From the NCBI GenBank assembly GCA_965178085.1, contig CBCXTS010000021.1, positions 633,845-697,844 on the forward strand: DNA of 64,000 bases, written 5' to 3'. Positions 9,588-19,570 of this stretch are shown here, one piece after another (positions within the stretch are counted from its first letter, which is position 1; every line of letters starts with the position of its first letter). The notes under the pieces were generated by a model. The model was not told where the DNA came from, did no database searches, and was given only the letters and a program-made list of their open reading frames with translations. Position numbers and translations under genes: made by a program. Source of the stretch: Alphaproteobacteria bacterium (GTDB lineage Bacteria > Pseudomonadota > Alphaproteobacteria > CBCXTS01).

Positions 9588-9631
9588 TTGCCATTATTTT
9601 CCACCATTATTGATTGTTGTAACAAAGTCAC

Positions 9632-9901
9632 ATGATAAAAGTTTTTGAAATCAAAGATAAAAAACTTATTCTGTTAAAAATTCTTGTTATCGCATTTCCA
9701 TCTTACATTGTTGCTTTTTTAACAGAAAAAATTATTTTTGTTGTACCAACAATTGCCATGATGATGATGATTGCCAATGCTATTGAAACAGCAAACATCT
9801 CTAATCGAAATCGACTTGATGACGAAGACGAGGATGCAGACGAGGACGATAAGACAAAAACCGATGCCGACACCCTAAACCAAGAAAATGGTGGCTCATA
9901 A
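9632..9901 (+). CDS. Small membrane protein (two hydrophobic helices, acidic C-terminal tail), paralogue A
   Basis: 89 aa. LILLKILVIAFPSYIVAFL and IIFVVPTIAMMMMIANAI are hydrophobic, and the tail is DDEDEDADEDDKTKTDAD. It aligns along its whole hydrophobic core with the next ORF. No family recognised. Confidence 0.5.
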   Translation: MIKVFEIKDKKLILLKILVIAFPSYIVAFLTEKIIFVVPTIAMMMMIANAIETANISNRNRLDDEDEDADEDDKTKTDADTLNQENGGS

Positions 9902-10093
9902 ATGTTGGATTTTAAAATAAAAAACGCAAAATTACTCTCCATCAAAATTGTGATGATTTTTGTACCTATCTATTTGATTGCTTATTTTACACAAGATATG
10001 GTATACATCTTACCTGCATTAACGATAGGACTTGTTTTTGGTACAAGTATAAGCCCAGCTAATGATAAAAGCCCATCAAACAAAACCAAATGA
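9902..10093 (+). CDS. Small membrane protein, paralogue B of the preceding ORF
   Basis: 63 aa. The ATG directly abuts the upstream TAA (TAAATG). FKIKNAKLLSIKIVMIFVPIYLIAYFTQDMVYILPALTIGLVFGTSISPAN aligns with FEIKDKKLILLKILVIAFPSYIVAFLTEKIIFVVPTIAMMMMIANAIETAN of paralogue A. Confidence 0.5.
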   Translation: MLDFKIKNAKLLSIKIVMIFVPIYLIAYFTQDMVYILPALTIGLVFGTSISPANDKSPSNKTK

Positions 10094-10106
10094 AAAACAA
10101 AACCAA

Positions 10107-10736
10107 ATGAAAAGCAAACAACCCTTTAAAATAACAATGCCAATAACAATGCCAATAACAATGCTAATCTTGTGCTTTTTGCTTGCAGCAAATAGCGTAA
10201 ATGCAAGCGACAAACCTCATCACGCATCCCCTTATGCAGGTGAGCAGCAAAGGCAAATTAAATCACTTTCACCAGATGATATCCATGAAATAGCAAGAGG
10301 CGGTGGTTGGGGTTTTGCCAAACCGGCAGAATTAAATGGGGTCCCTGGACCTGCCCATGTTTTAGAATTGCAAGATAAACTATCATTAAATAGCGATCAA
10401 GTGATAGCAGTAGAAATGTTGCACAAAGCAATGTTGTTGCAAGCAATACCGCTTGGAAAGCAATATATAGATGGAGAAAAAACCCTAAATCAAATGTTTG
10501 CCAGCAAACAATATAACCATGGCGATATCTTATTACAGATTAAAAAAATTGAAAATATCAGGGCCCAATTACGCTATGCTCATCTATCCAAACATCTAGA
10601 AACAGCTGAAATATTATCCAGCAAGCAGATATCATTATATAATAAACTTCGTGGATACACCAGTGGCAATGTTTGTGATAATATACCCATAGGCCATGAT
10701 GTTGAAATGTTTAAAAAACATAATCATTGTGAATAG
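10107..10736 (+). CDS. Periplasmic Spy/CpxP-family (LTxxQ-type) protein
   Basis: The ORF track starts it at 10062. I prefer Met16 (10107), which gives signal peptide MKSKQPFKITMPITMPITMLILCFLLAANSVNA. The mature part (PYAGEQQRQIKSLSPDDI...AELNGVPGPAHVLEL...LSLNSDQ...LSSKQISLYNKLRGY) matches the pattern I recall for proteobacterial Spy/CpxP-like proteins, with two LTxxQ-like motifs. Confidence 0.55.
   Translation: MKSKQPFKITMPITMPITMLILCFLLAANSVNASDKPHHASPYAGEQQRQIKSLSPDDIHEIARGGGWGFAKPAELNGVPGPAHVLELQDKLSLNSDQVIAVEMLHKAMLLQAIPLGKQYIDGEKTLNQMFASKQYNHGDILLQIKKIENIRAQLRYAHLSKHLETAEILSSKQISLYNKLRGYTSGNVCDNIPIGHDVEMFKKHNHCE
10131..10166. repeat. In-frame 12-bp tandem repeat ATAACAATGCCA x3 (third copy has one mismatch) inside the signal-peptide region
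   Basis: Read directly. It encodes ITMP-ITMP-ITML, and every unit contains an in-frame ATG. Confidence 0.9.
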
Positions 10737-10834
10737 TTTTAAAATATTTTTTAATTATTTTAAAATCTTTTGATATCTCTGCAAGCTTTTTAGTTAACCT
10801 CACATTGTAGTTTGCAAGCTTTGCCAAGTCCCTC

Positions 10835-11344
10835 ATGCAACATTCATTTAAAAAAGCAACAACAAGTAATTTACCGACTTGCATGCAATTATATGTGCAA
10901 TGCATACAAGGTGGTCTTGCTTCGTTTCAAAAACCTAACATAACATTGCCTGAGTTTGCAGAAAAGATCGACCTTACAAAATGCTTTGTATTAGAAATAG
11001 AAAATAAGATCAAAGGCTTTGCGTTTTTTACCCCAACCTCTAATAGATGCGTCTATAGCGGCCTTGGAGAAGAATCTATTTATATATCACCAGATATTGC
11101 TGGCAAAGGCTATGGCACTCAATTACTCAATCATATTGTCAACGCATCTGAGCATGATGGGTTTTGGTCTTTGCACGCGCTAATTTTTGCACAAAATACT
11201 CCAAGCATTGCATTGCATAAAAAATCTGGCTTTAAAGTTGTAGGGATCCGTGAAAAACTAGGAAAAATGACTTACGGTCCCATGAAAGGACAATGGATTG
11301 ACATTGTTTTTATGGAACGCCGCTCTAAACAATTTTGCAATTAA
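10835..11344 (+). CDS. GNAT-family N-acetyltransferase (phosphinothricin/methionine-sulfoximine acetyltransferase-like)
   Basis: 169 aa. GNAT core IYISPDIAGKGYGTQLLNHIV. PAT-type C-terminus NTPSIALHKKSGFKVVGIREKLGKM...GQWIDIVFMERR. Confidence 0.7.
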   Translation: MQHSFKKATTSNLPTCMQLYVQCIQGGLASFQKPNITLPEFAEKIDLTKCFVLEIENKIKGFAFFTPTSNRCVYSGLGEESIYISPDIAGKGYGTQLLNHIVNASEHDGFWSLHALIFAQNTPSIALHKKSGFKVVGIREKLGKMTYGPMKGQWIDIVFMERRSKQFCN

Positions 11345-11460
11345 CTTTTCAAGATAGCTGCATCTCAATCATGATCCATATGATACGATCAAATGATACA
11401 TGGTCATATCATATTGCTATTGAACCTGACGGCTAAATCAAACAACAATATATAACTTGC

Positions 11461-12240
11461 TTATAGTTGGCGCGATAATAGCTCATTTTTAATCCGTGCA
11501 ATAGCCTTTGCTGGATTAAGACCTTTTGGACATGCTTGCGTACAATTCATGATGGTATGACAACGAAATAATCTAAAAGGATCTTCCAAATCATCAAGCC
11601 TATCGCCTTTGGCTTCATCTCTACTATCTGCAATCCAACGATAGGCTTGCAACAAAATAGCAGGTCCAAGATAACGATCTCCGTTCCACCAATAACTAGG
11701 ACATGATGTTGTGCAACAAAAACACAAAATACATTCATACAAACCATCAAGTTTTTCACGTTCTTGTGGGCTTTGCAAGCGCTCTCTTTCAGGCGGGTTG
11801 CTTGTTGCTTTTAGCCATGGTTCAATAGATTCAAGCTGGCTATAGGCCCAAGATAAATCTGGCACTAAATCTTTAATAACCGGCATATGTGGCAGTGGCG
11901 TAATGCTAATATCGCCTTTTACATCGCTCAAAAACTTAGTGCAAGCAAGCGTGTTCGTGCCATCAATGTTCATTGCACATGAGCCACAAATACCTTCACG
12001 ACATGACCTTCTAAAGGTTAAGGTCGGGTCAATTTCATTTTTAACCTTGATCAAGGCATCAAGCACCATTGGCCCACACTGCTTGCCATCTATTTTATAG
12101 CTGTCCATACGTGGAAGCTGCTCGTCATCGCTGCTCCATCGATAAACACGCAGCACACGCGTATCATCGCTTTGATTGCTGCAATCCCAAGTTTTGCCTT
12201 TTTCTATTTTAGAATTTTTAGGTAATTTAAATTCTGCCAT
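11461..12240 (-). CDS. sdhB: Succinate dehydrogenase iron-sulfur subunit
   Basis: 259 aa. Three Fe-S cysteine clusters: [23 protein letters not shown] and [12 protein letters not shown]. Confidence 0.95.
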   Translation of the reverse strand: MAEFKLPKNSKIEKGKTWDCSNQSDDTRVLRVYRWSSDDEQLPRMDSYKIDGKQCGPMVLDALIKVKNEIDPTLTFRRSCREGICGSCAMNIDGTNTLACTKFLSDVKGDISITPLPHMPVIKDLVPDLSWAYSQLESIEPWLKATSNPPERERLQSPQEREKLDGLYECILCFCCTTSCPSYWWNGDRYLGPAILLQAYRWIADSRDEAKGDRLDDLEDPFRLFRCHTIMNCTQACPKGLNPAKAIARIKNELLSRQL

Positions 12241-12251
12241 TGGTTTAATCT

Positions 12252-14048
12252 TTAATACACTCTTTGCTTAGGAGGAATTGTTTCAATATCATCAGACAAT
12301 GTTTGCATTTTCACTGGCCTATATTTAATCGATATGTTTTTATCACCATCAACAAATGCTAAAGAATGCTTCATCCATTGATCATCATTTCGATCAGCGT
12401 AATCTTCGCGCGCATGCGCACCGCGTGATTCTTGACGGTTTAATGCACACTCAATCGTTGCACGTGCTTGTATTAAAAGATTTTCAAGCTCTAATGTTTC
12501 AACCAAATCAGAGTTCCAAACCAACGAGCGATCCGTTACGGATACATCTTTAAATTTTGTCCAAACATCTTTTAGTTTTTTGCATCCTTGCTGCAATGTT
12601 TCTTCTGTTCTAAAAACAGCACAATCGCTTTGCATGATTTTTTGCATTTCAACGCGCAAATCAGCCGTACGATACTCACCCGAAGCATATCGTAATTGGT
12701 CAAAACGTGCAATTGCTTGCTCACTAGAATGTTTTGGAAAACGCACTTTACTGCTAGGGTCTTTTGCAATCAACTCACTAGCACGATGTGCTACTGCACG
12801 CCCAAATACAACCAAATCAAGCAACGAGTTAGACCCAAGTCTGTTGGCGCCATGCACACTAACACAAGCCGATTCACCTGCAGCCATTAACCCTGGCACT
12901 ATCTCATCGCCAGATTTGCCATGACCTTTAATCACCTCACCATGATAATTGGTGGGTACACCTCCCATATTATAATGGCACGTTGGCAATACAGGAATTG
13001 GCTCACGCGTAACATCAACACCGGCAAAAATAGCAGCAGTTTCACTGATACCGGGCAAGCGTTGGGCCAAAATATCTTTTGGTAAATGCTCTAAATGGAG
13101 ATGGATGTGGTCTTGCTCTGCTCCTATTCCCTTACCCTCTCGGATTTCAATGGTCATAGCCCTACTCACTACATCGCGTGAGGCTAAGTCTTTTGCCAAG
13201 GGGGCGTAACGCTCCATAAAACGTTCATTTTGGCTATTGGTTAAATAACCACCCTCACCGCGCGCACCTTCTGTAATAAGACAACCAGCACCATAAATAC
13301 CAGTTGGATGAAACTGTACAAACTCCATATCTTGCAACGGCAAGTTTGCCCGTGCAGCCATTCCTCCACCGTCTCCTGTGCATGTATGGGCTGAAGTAGC
13401 TGAAAAATAAACCCTGCCATATCCTCCAGTACAAAGTACCGTTTGCTTAGCTGCAAATCGATGCATCGTTCCATCATCAAGGTTCCATGCTAACACGCCA
13501 CAGCAACTTCCATCTTCATCCATCAGCAAATCAATAGCAATATATTCAATAAAAAACTCCCCATGATGGCGAAGTGATTGCTGATATAATGTATGCAGCA
13601 TTGCATGACCGGTTCTATCTGCTGCTGCGCATGTGCGTTGGGCAGGAGGGCCTTCTCCGTATTGTGTAGTCATCCCCCCGAAAGGACGTTGATATATCCG
13701 TCCATCATTCGTTCTTGAAAAAGGTACCCCATAATGCTCAAGCTCAATAATAGAAGGCACTGCTTCGCGCACCATATACTCAATAGCATCTTGATCACCA
13801 AGCCAGTCTGAACCTTTTACCGTATCAAACATATGCCAGCGCCAATCATCTTGACCCATATTGCCTAATGATGCAGATATGCCCCCTTGTGCAGCTACTG
13901 TGTGGCTACGCGTTGGAAATACCTTGGTAATGCATGCAACACGCAAATTATTTTCACACAAACCAAACGTTGCACGCAACCCTGCTCCGCCTGCTCCTAC
14001 TACAATTACATCATATTCATGGTCTATCGTTTCATAAGCTTTCATCAT
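12252..14048 (-). CDS. sdhA: Succinate dehydrogenase flavoprotein subunit
   Basis: 598 aa. FAD motif [14 protein letters not shown], covalent-FAD region [11 protein letters not shown]-terminal [13 protein letters not shown]. Confidence 0.95.
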   Translation of the reverse strand: MMKAYETIDHEYDVIVVGAGGAGLRATFGLCENNLRVACITKVFPTRSHTVAAQGGISASLGNMGQDDWRWHMFDTVKGSDWLGDQDAIEYMVREAVPSIIELEHYGVPFSRTNDGRIYQRPFGGMTTQYGEGPPAQRTCAAADRTGHAMLHTLYQQSLRHHGEFFIEYIAIDLLMDEDGSCCGVLAWNLDDGTMHRFAAKQTVLCTGGYGRVYFSATSAHTCTGDGGGMAARANLPLQDMEFVQFHPTGIYGAGCLITEGARGEGGYLTNSQNERFMERYAPLAKDLASRDVVSRAMTIEIREGKGIGAEQDHIHLHLEHLPKDILAQRLPGISETAAIFAGVDVTREPIPVLPTCHYNMGGVPTNYHGEVIKGHGKSGDEIVPGLMAAGESACVSVHGANRLGSNSLLDLVVFGRAVAHRASELIAKDPSSKVRFPKHSSEQAIARFDQLRYASGEYRTADLRVEMQKIMQSDCAVFRTEETLQQGCKKLKDVWTKFKDVSVTDRSLVWNSDLVETLELENLLIQARATIECALNRQESRGAHAREDYADRNDDQWMKHSLAFVDGDKNISIKYRPVKMQTLSDDIETIPPKQRVY

Positions 14049-14455
14049 GGGCTAACTTTTAATAAAATAACTAAAACCGCCATCAAACTAGCGACAAACA
14101 ATAATATTGCACCCAATTTTAATATAATTAGGCTTGTCATTTTTATAACATGACAATGGAAATAATCTTCAATAATCACCTGTAGTCCTAAAGCAGCATG
14201 GTATATTCCTGCTGCCAATAACAACAACAATAATACGCTGTTATGAAATTGTCCAATCCACAAGAGTGATGCATTCAATGAATAATCATCTTGTACAAAA
14301 GCACTCCATAAAAACCAAATGCTTAAAGGGATCAGTGCAATTGCACTCAATCTTTGTAACCACCAATGCCTAGTTCCAGAATGCGCGCTGCCACTACCTC
14401 TTACTTGTGCTGTAATGGATTGTGTAGAATCTTTTTTCATATCTGCCATCACCAC
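14045..14455 (-). CDS. sdhD: Succinate dehydrogenase hydrophobic membrane anchor subunit
   Basis: 136 aa, three TM helices, [15 protein letters not shown] motif. ATGA overlap with the sdhA start. Position in the sdhCDAB operon supports the call. Confidence 0.85.
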   Translation of the reverse strand: MVMADMKKDSTQSITAQVRGSGSAHSGTRHWWLQRLSAIALIPLSIWFLWSAFVQDDYSLNASLLWIGQFHNSVLLLLLLAAGIYHAALGLQVIIEDYFHCHVIKMTSLIILKLGAILLFVASLMAVLVILLKVSP

Positions 14456-14456
14456 T

Positions 14457-14864
14457 TTAGACTACAAACCATAGTAAAAAAAGGCCAACCAACGATAAAG
14501 CCATTATTAAGTGACCGCTAAAGCGTGCCGTTGATAGCTCAAAACCAATCCCGCCATCCCAACATAAATGCCTAATGCCATTGAGCATATGATAACAGCC
14601 ACCCCATGCAAAAAACGCTAATAACAACTCACCCACGCCAGTAGAAAAGACACTAATAAAACATTGATACGCACCATCAAAACCAGAAACCGCATACGCA
14701 ACACACACCAACCATATCGCTAAAACAACCAACCCAGCAGATAAGGCCACGCCAGTTAATCGATGCATAATTGAATACATCATGCTCCATTGCCAGCGAT
14801 AAATCTGGATATGAGGCGACAAGGGCCTTTGGGTGGCCGTTTTAGGCTTGCTATCGTTTACCAT
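14457..14864 (-). CDS. sdhC: Succinate dehydrogenase cytochrome b556 subunit
   Basis: 135 aa. RPLSPHIQIYRWQWSMMYSIMHRLTG signature. First gene of sdhCDAB. Confidence 0.9.
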   Translation of the reverse strand: MVNDSKPKTATQRPLSPHIQIYRWQWSMMYSIMHRLTGVALSAGLVVLAIWLVCVAYAVSGFDGAYQCFISVFSTGVGELLLAFFAWGGCYHMLNGIRHLCWDGGIGFELSTARFSGHLIMALSLVGLFLLWFVV

Positions 14865-15262
14865 GCTAAAACTGATCTATATGTTACGGTTTTAAAAAAT
14901 AATATTAATTCTTCATAAGCTTACAAGACTACAAAATCCAAGTACTCTAGCCACTCTTGCAAGCGTTATTTTAAAGGTATATCACCTTTTAAAAGAAAAG
15001 TAGAACTAAAATATATAACAACATCATTCATGATAACACTTAAAATGCTCTGCAGATACGCTTACAACTTTTAAAAACTATCTAAGACCAAGAATATATC
15101 TGCGCGCAATAGAAATGGGTTGTTTTTTGTGCTACCATCAATTGATCTATCATTTATCTTTAGATACATTGAAATGTACAATTAAACACTCCACTTTACA
15201 ATATTATATCTTGTTAATGATATATTTTAAACTTAATCAATTTTCAATTTACCTCAAATGCT

Positions 15263-16156
15263 ATGCCAACTCTAACCCAATATCAAACAATCATATCTCA
15301 ACTTGGATTAAAGTTTGATACACCAAGAAATGCCTGGCAACAACTTGCAGAACTTATCAAACAAGTCAATGAGCACAACATTCAATTTGCTTTTTGGCTG
15401 CGCGATGATGATACAATACATCCAACCAAGCAACTAGAGCGTCTATTCGACATATGTCAAACTACGCCAATAGCTTTAGCAGTTATTCCTGCAGAGACTG
15501 TTGAAGAGCTTGCGCAATTTTTAGATCACTACGATCCTTTGGATAGACATCACCCACGCATTCAAATAGCCCAACATGGATGGTCTCATACAAATCATGC
15601 AATCGCTAAGCAAAAAAAAATAGAAATAACTCTCAACAGAAATCTCTCGATCGTTAAAGATGAACTCCTCGAAGGATTTCAAAAATTAGAACAGCTTTTT
15701 AAACCCAGATACACAAAAGGATTGGTCCCTCCTTGGAATAGGATTGACATGGCAATTTTAGACCAATGGCGTGATCATCCTTATCAATGGATCAGCTGTT
15801 TTCAACCTAATATCTTAAACAATCACAACACCATCGCTAAACAGCACCCTGCTTCTTTATCCTTAGCGCGTTTTGATGCTCATATCGATCCAATTGATTG
15901 GAAAAACAATCGCCAATACATAGGCGATGAAGCAGTCCTTGGACAATTTTTGAACGCGCTAGTGGCAACTATAAACCACAAAAGTTCTAATCTTAACTAC
16001 CAATATCCTAAACATATTCCTGCCCAAACTATCTCAATTGGAATATTAACCCACCACTTAGTGCAAAATAGCGATTGCGATTATTGTATACAAAAGCTAT
16101 TACAATTAGTTGATGATCACAATCATTGCTATTGGGCATTTCCATGGGAGGTATAA
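15263..16156 (+). CDS. Polysaccharide-deacetylase-like (NodB/DUF2334-type) protein
   Basis: 297 aa. The FWLRDDDT...LAVIPA...QHGWSHTNH...VPPWNR pattern resembles the metal-binding D-D / H-x-x-x-H arrangement of NodB-fold deacetylases. Assignment is by motif only. Confidence 0.4.
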   Translation: MPTLTQYQTIISQLGLKFDTPRNAWQQLAELIKQVNEHNIQFAFWLRDDDTIHPTKQLERLFDICQTTPIALAVIPAETVEELAQFLDHYDPLDRHHPRIQIAQHGWSHTNHAIAKQKKIEITLNRNLSIVKDELLEGFQKLEQLFKPRYTKGLVPPWNRIDMAILDQWRDHPYQWISCFQPNILNNHNTIAKQHPASLSLARFDAHIDPIDWKNNRQYIGDEAVLGQFLNALVATINHKSSNLNYQYPKHIPAQTISIGILTHHLVQNSDCDYCIQKLLQLVDDHNHCYWAFPWEV

Positions 16157-16159
16157 GTT

Positions 16160-17545
16160 GTGAGTGACTCTAACAGACAACATCGTGATCCGCAGCAGCT
16201 TCCGCAGGCCGCCCATAATAGCGACCAACAACACCAACAGCACATGCTACGTGAGCAAATCTTGCGCACACGCCAAACACTGGAGCGACAAAGCCAGTTG
16301 CAAGCAGAAAATTCTGATCCAACATCCCAAAGATTAGAGGAAAACACACCACCATCAAGCCCTAAGACCAACGCATCTTTTGATATCTCTGGCCAAACAA
16401 TCAAAGATTACTACACTGACGAAAAAAGCAATCTCACTCGCCAGAACCGTTTTGATCAGATTAAAAAACATGCAACATCTAACAAATTTTTAACAGATCA
16501 CAAAGGTGAAGAAGGCAAGACTTTTGCAAAAACAGTTGTTGAACCTATAGGCTTAGATACTATCTATACCAACAAATTTGTCAACCCAGCTAATCTTGCT
16601 CCAGAGCATATCAAGATTATTGAAAATATGGGATTGCCAGACAGTCTAGTTGGCCATCGTACTATTGAAGAACGCGCTGAAGCCGAAGATCGCTGGGACG
16701 ACGTTCAAAAAATCACCCATTTTAAATATACAAAAGTAAGTTTGTTTTCTAACATTGCGCTTGGGGGAGTAGGCTTTTTAGCGCCACTATTATCTATTAT
16801 GATGCTTGAATTGAGCAAGGCTTCATCTGCAATGTTTATGATATTAGTGACAATTTTTGGCGGATATTTAGTCCATGCCATTGCATCTTGTTTCTTTTCT
16901 GTCAAAATTGATAAAGATGGTGTTTCTTATTTTGGGATATTAAGCGGCACTATTAAATGGAAATTAGTTGAAAGTGTCAAATTACGTTATCATAAATCAC
17001 TTTGGCGCAAACAAGGGTTGTTAACCCTTATAGCACAATCTGGTGCCTTTACATTGAAAACCAACAGTAGCCTCGATAATTTTCCTATTCTTGTTGCATG
17101 TTTTGCTCAAGCAATTCGTTTGAATAATTTGCCTATTGATGTTATCTCTTTAAATAATTTTGCTATGGTAGGACATTTATTCTCGCATATTGACAGCACT
17201 GGCACGCCTATTTTTGGATTGATAGATAGCAACAAACCATTGCAAACAAATGTAGATTTAAGCAATAATCCACAAAACATCAATAATCAAACCTCAGACC
17301 CACAGCAGGCCTCTTTGCAACATACAAACCAAAATCCTCAAAATGATTCATCAATCGGGCAATCTCCAACACGCCCTGCATCTACTCCTAATCCACCAAA
17401 CCCGTTTCCAAATCATTTGCAACAAACTAATCAAACTCAACCTCCTAACCAAACTCAACCTTCAAAGCCTCCTACAGACACAACAACTCCACCGCTATCA
17501 CATTGGGCTGAGGTTCGTAATAATATAAACACACCTACTAATTAA
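16160..17545 (+). CDS. Membrane protein with Q-rich N-terminus, two TM helices, a PH-like core and an N/Q/P/T-rich C-terminus
   Basis: 461 aa. GTG start 3 nt after the upstream stop. TM helices at about aa 194-215 and 224-246. The C-terminal tail is ...NPQNINNQTSDPQQ...NPPNPFPNHLQQTNQTQPPNQTQPSKPPTDTTTPP. No family recognised. Confidence 0.55.
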   Translation: MSDSNRQHRDPQQLPQAAHNSDQQHQQHMLREQILRTRQTLERQSQLQAENSDPTSQRLEENTPPSSPKTNASFDISGQTIKDYYTDEKSNLTRQNRFDQIKKHATSNKFLTDHKGEEGKTFAKTVVEPIGLDTIYTNKFVNPANLAPEHIKIIENMGLPDSLVGHRTIEERAEAEDRWDDVQKITHFKYTKVSLFSNIALGGVGFLAPLLSIMMLELSKASSAMFMILVTIFGGYLVHAIASCFFSVKIDKDGVSYFGILSGTIKWKLVESVKLRYHKSLWRKQGLLTLIAQSGAFTLKTNSSLDNFPILVACFAQAIRLNNLPIDVISLNNFAMVGHLFSHIDSTGTPIFGLIDSNKPLQTNVDLSNNPQNINNQTSDPQQASLQHTNQNPQNDSSIGQSPTRPASTPNPPNPFPNHLQQTNQTQPPNQTQPSKPPTDTTTPPLSHWAEVRNNINTPTN

Positions 17546-17649
17546 CTATAACCAAAGAACGTTCCATTATATGCCAACATCAATATATCAATGTATTCAA
17601 TATTAACATTATATAATGCTAGATCAAATAAAATCTTGACTCAACACCA

Positions 17650-19557
17650 ATGAAAAAAATGTCACAAAAACATAACACCGTTCTTGAAATTAACAATTTG
17701 TGCATCCAGTTCAAGTTAGATCAAGGTCATGTTGATGCCATTAAAAATGTATCCTTTAGCATTCCAAAAGAAAAAACCGTCGCTTTAGTTGGAGAGAGCG
17801 GCTCTGGAAAAACTGTCATCAGTCAAGCTATCATGGGCTTGTTACCGCGCTCTGCAAAATTTACAGGCGGTTCAATGATGTTTTATGATCATCATAATAG
17901 TGGCAACGCAGTCAACCTTATGCGCCTTAATCCCACTGCCAAAGAGTATTGCCAATTGCGTGGCAGTAAAATTGCCCTCATCTTTCAAGAACCAATGACT
18001 TCACTCTCACCCTTGCATAAAATAGGCGATCAAATCATAGAAGCTATTTGTTTACACCAAAATACAAACTATAAAAGCGCCTATGAAATTGCAATCAACA
18101 CAATGCAACTTTGCGGTTTTCCTGATCCTCATAGGACAATCAATATGTATTCGTTTGAGCTTTCTGGTGGTTTGCGCCAACGAGCAATGATTGCTATGGC
18201 TTTATCTTGCCAGCCTGCATTGCTTATAGCCGATGAGCCGACAACTGCTTTGGATGTAACCATTCAAGCCCAGATACTTAAATTGATTAAATCTTTGCAA
18301 ACTCAATATCAAATGTCTGTGCTTATGATTACACATGATTTAGGCGTTGTCGCCAATGTCGCAGACGAAGTTGTCGTCATGTATCATGGCGAAATCATGG
18401 AAAGTGGACCTGCTAAAAACATATTTTCTAATCCACAGCATCCATATTTACAAGCATTGCTTGAGGCTGTGCCACGATTTAATATGCAAAAAGGAGAGCG
18501 CCTTACAGCGCTTAGAGAGGTCAGCATCAAAAAATACCGCCGTACTCGATATGAGTGGCAGCGCCTTGAGGCATGCGATGGAAAATCTACCATTATCCAA
18601 GCCAATCAACTGAGTAAAAAATATTTCCTTAACAACGCTTTTACCGCAGCTCAATCGTCAAACGAAGAGCCTTCACAGATTAGCTTTACTGCGGTCAATA
18701 ATATATCCTTTGAAATCAAACGAGGTGAATGTCTAGGATTAGTAGGTGAAAGTGGTTGTGGTAAAACAACCCTTGCAAAAATGCTTATGGGTGCTTTGTC
18801 ACCAACTAGCGGGTCTGTTCTTTTTTCTAACCAAGACCGACAATTCGACGTCCATCATAGCAAGACTGAAGAGTTGCAATATTATCGCCGTCATGTTCAA
18901 TTTGTATTTCAAGATCCATTTTCATCTCTTAACCCACGTATGTCAGTAGCTGACATTTTAATTGAACCATTGATGATCAATCAAATAGGCGACCATGCAA
19001 GCCATCTAATAAAAGCACGTGAATTGATGGAGCTTGTTGGCCTAAATCCTGGTTGGTTAAGCCGTTATCCGCATTCTTTTTCAGGAGGGCAACGCCAACG
19101 CATCAGCATTGCACGAGCACTTGCTCTTAATCCTGATTTGATCTTACTTGATGAGCCTGTTTCAGCACTTGATGTTTCTGTGCAAGCCCAAATCCTAAAT
19201 TTATTGATTGAATTAAAAAAAGAAATGGGGTTAAGTTATCTTTTTATATCACATAATTTAGCTGTGGTTAATTATATGTGTGATCGTATCGCAGTAATGT
19301 GCCGAGGTCGCTTAGTTGAAATAGCTCCAAGCGACAAGCTGTTTGCTCAAACTGCCCATCCCTATACAAAAGCTCTTTTGAAAGCAATTCCTGAACCTAA
19401 CTTAGATCGATTAATGGATTTTGATGCTATATTAGATAGCCAAAGTTCTGATCCAAACAACTGGCCAGAGCAATTTCGTGGAGATAAAAACATGCCCCTA
19501 CAGCTAATGCCAATTAGCGATGATCATCTAGTATATATGCGCCCTAATCATCACTAA
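17650..19557 (+). CDS. Peptide-type ABC transporter ATPase with two fused nucleotide-binding domains
   Basis: 635 aa. Two sets of motifs: Walker A GESGSGKT with LSGGLRQR, and GESGCGKTT with FSGGQRQR. DppD/DppF-like fusion. Confidence 0.9.
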   Translation: MKKMSQKHNTVLEINNLCIQFKLDQGHVDAIKNVSFSIPKEKTVALVGESGSGKTVISQAIMGLLPRSAKFTGGSMMFYDHHNSGNAVNLMRLNPTAKEYCQLRGSKIALIFQEPMTSLSPLHKIGDQIIEAICLHQNTNYKSAYEIAINTMQLCGFPDPHRTINMYSFELSGGLRQRAMIAMALSCQPALLIADEPTTALDVTIQAQILKLIKSLQTQYQMSVLMITHDLGVVANVADEVVVMYHGEIMESGPAKNIFSNPQHPYLQALLEAVPRFNMQKGERLTALREVSIKKYRRTRYEWQRLEACDGKSTIIQANQLSKKYFLNNAFTAAQSSNEEPSQISFTAVNNISFEIKRGECLGLVGESGCGKTTLAKMLMGALSPTSGSVLFSNQDRQFDVHHSKTEELQYYRRHVQFVFQDPFSSLNPRMSVADILIEPLMINQIGDHASHLIKARELMELVGLNPGWLSRYPHSFSGGQRQRISIARALALNPDLILLDEPVSALDVSVQAQILNLLIELKKEMGLSYLFISHNLAVVNYMCDRIAVMCRGRLVEIAPSDKLFAQTAHPYTKALLKAIPEPNLDRLMDFDAILDSQSSDPNNWPEQFRGDKNMPLQLMPISDDHLVYMRPNHH

Positions 19558-19570
19558 AAGAGACCAAAAC

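Noticed and set aside
10835-11344. GNAT as a possible TacT/AtaT-type toxin of a toxin-antitoxin pair next to the R-M islet.
   Set aside because: No upstream RHH/DUF1778-type antitoxin ORF fits in the 98-bp gap. The C-terminus (GQWIDIVFMERR) matches phosphinothricin/MSO acetyltransferase-type GNATs rather than tRNA-acetylating toxins.
15115-15318. Small ORFs in intergenic DNA: 15115-15318 (67 aa), 9124-9324 (66 aa), 27934-28119 (61 aa), 482-664 (60 aa).
   Set aside because: They overlap the ends or starts of supported genes or sit in AT-rich spacers. They have no ribosome-binding site or motif, and their composition is typical of translated AT-rich non-coding DNA.
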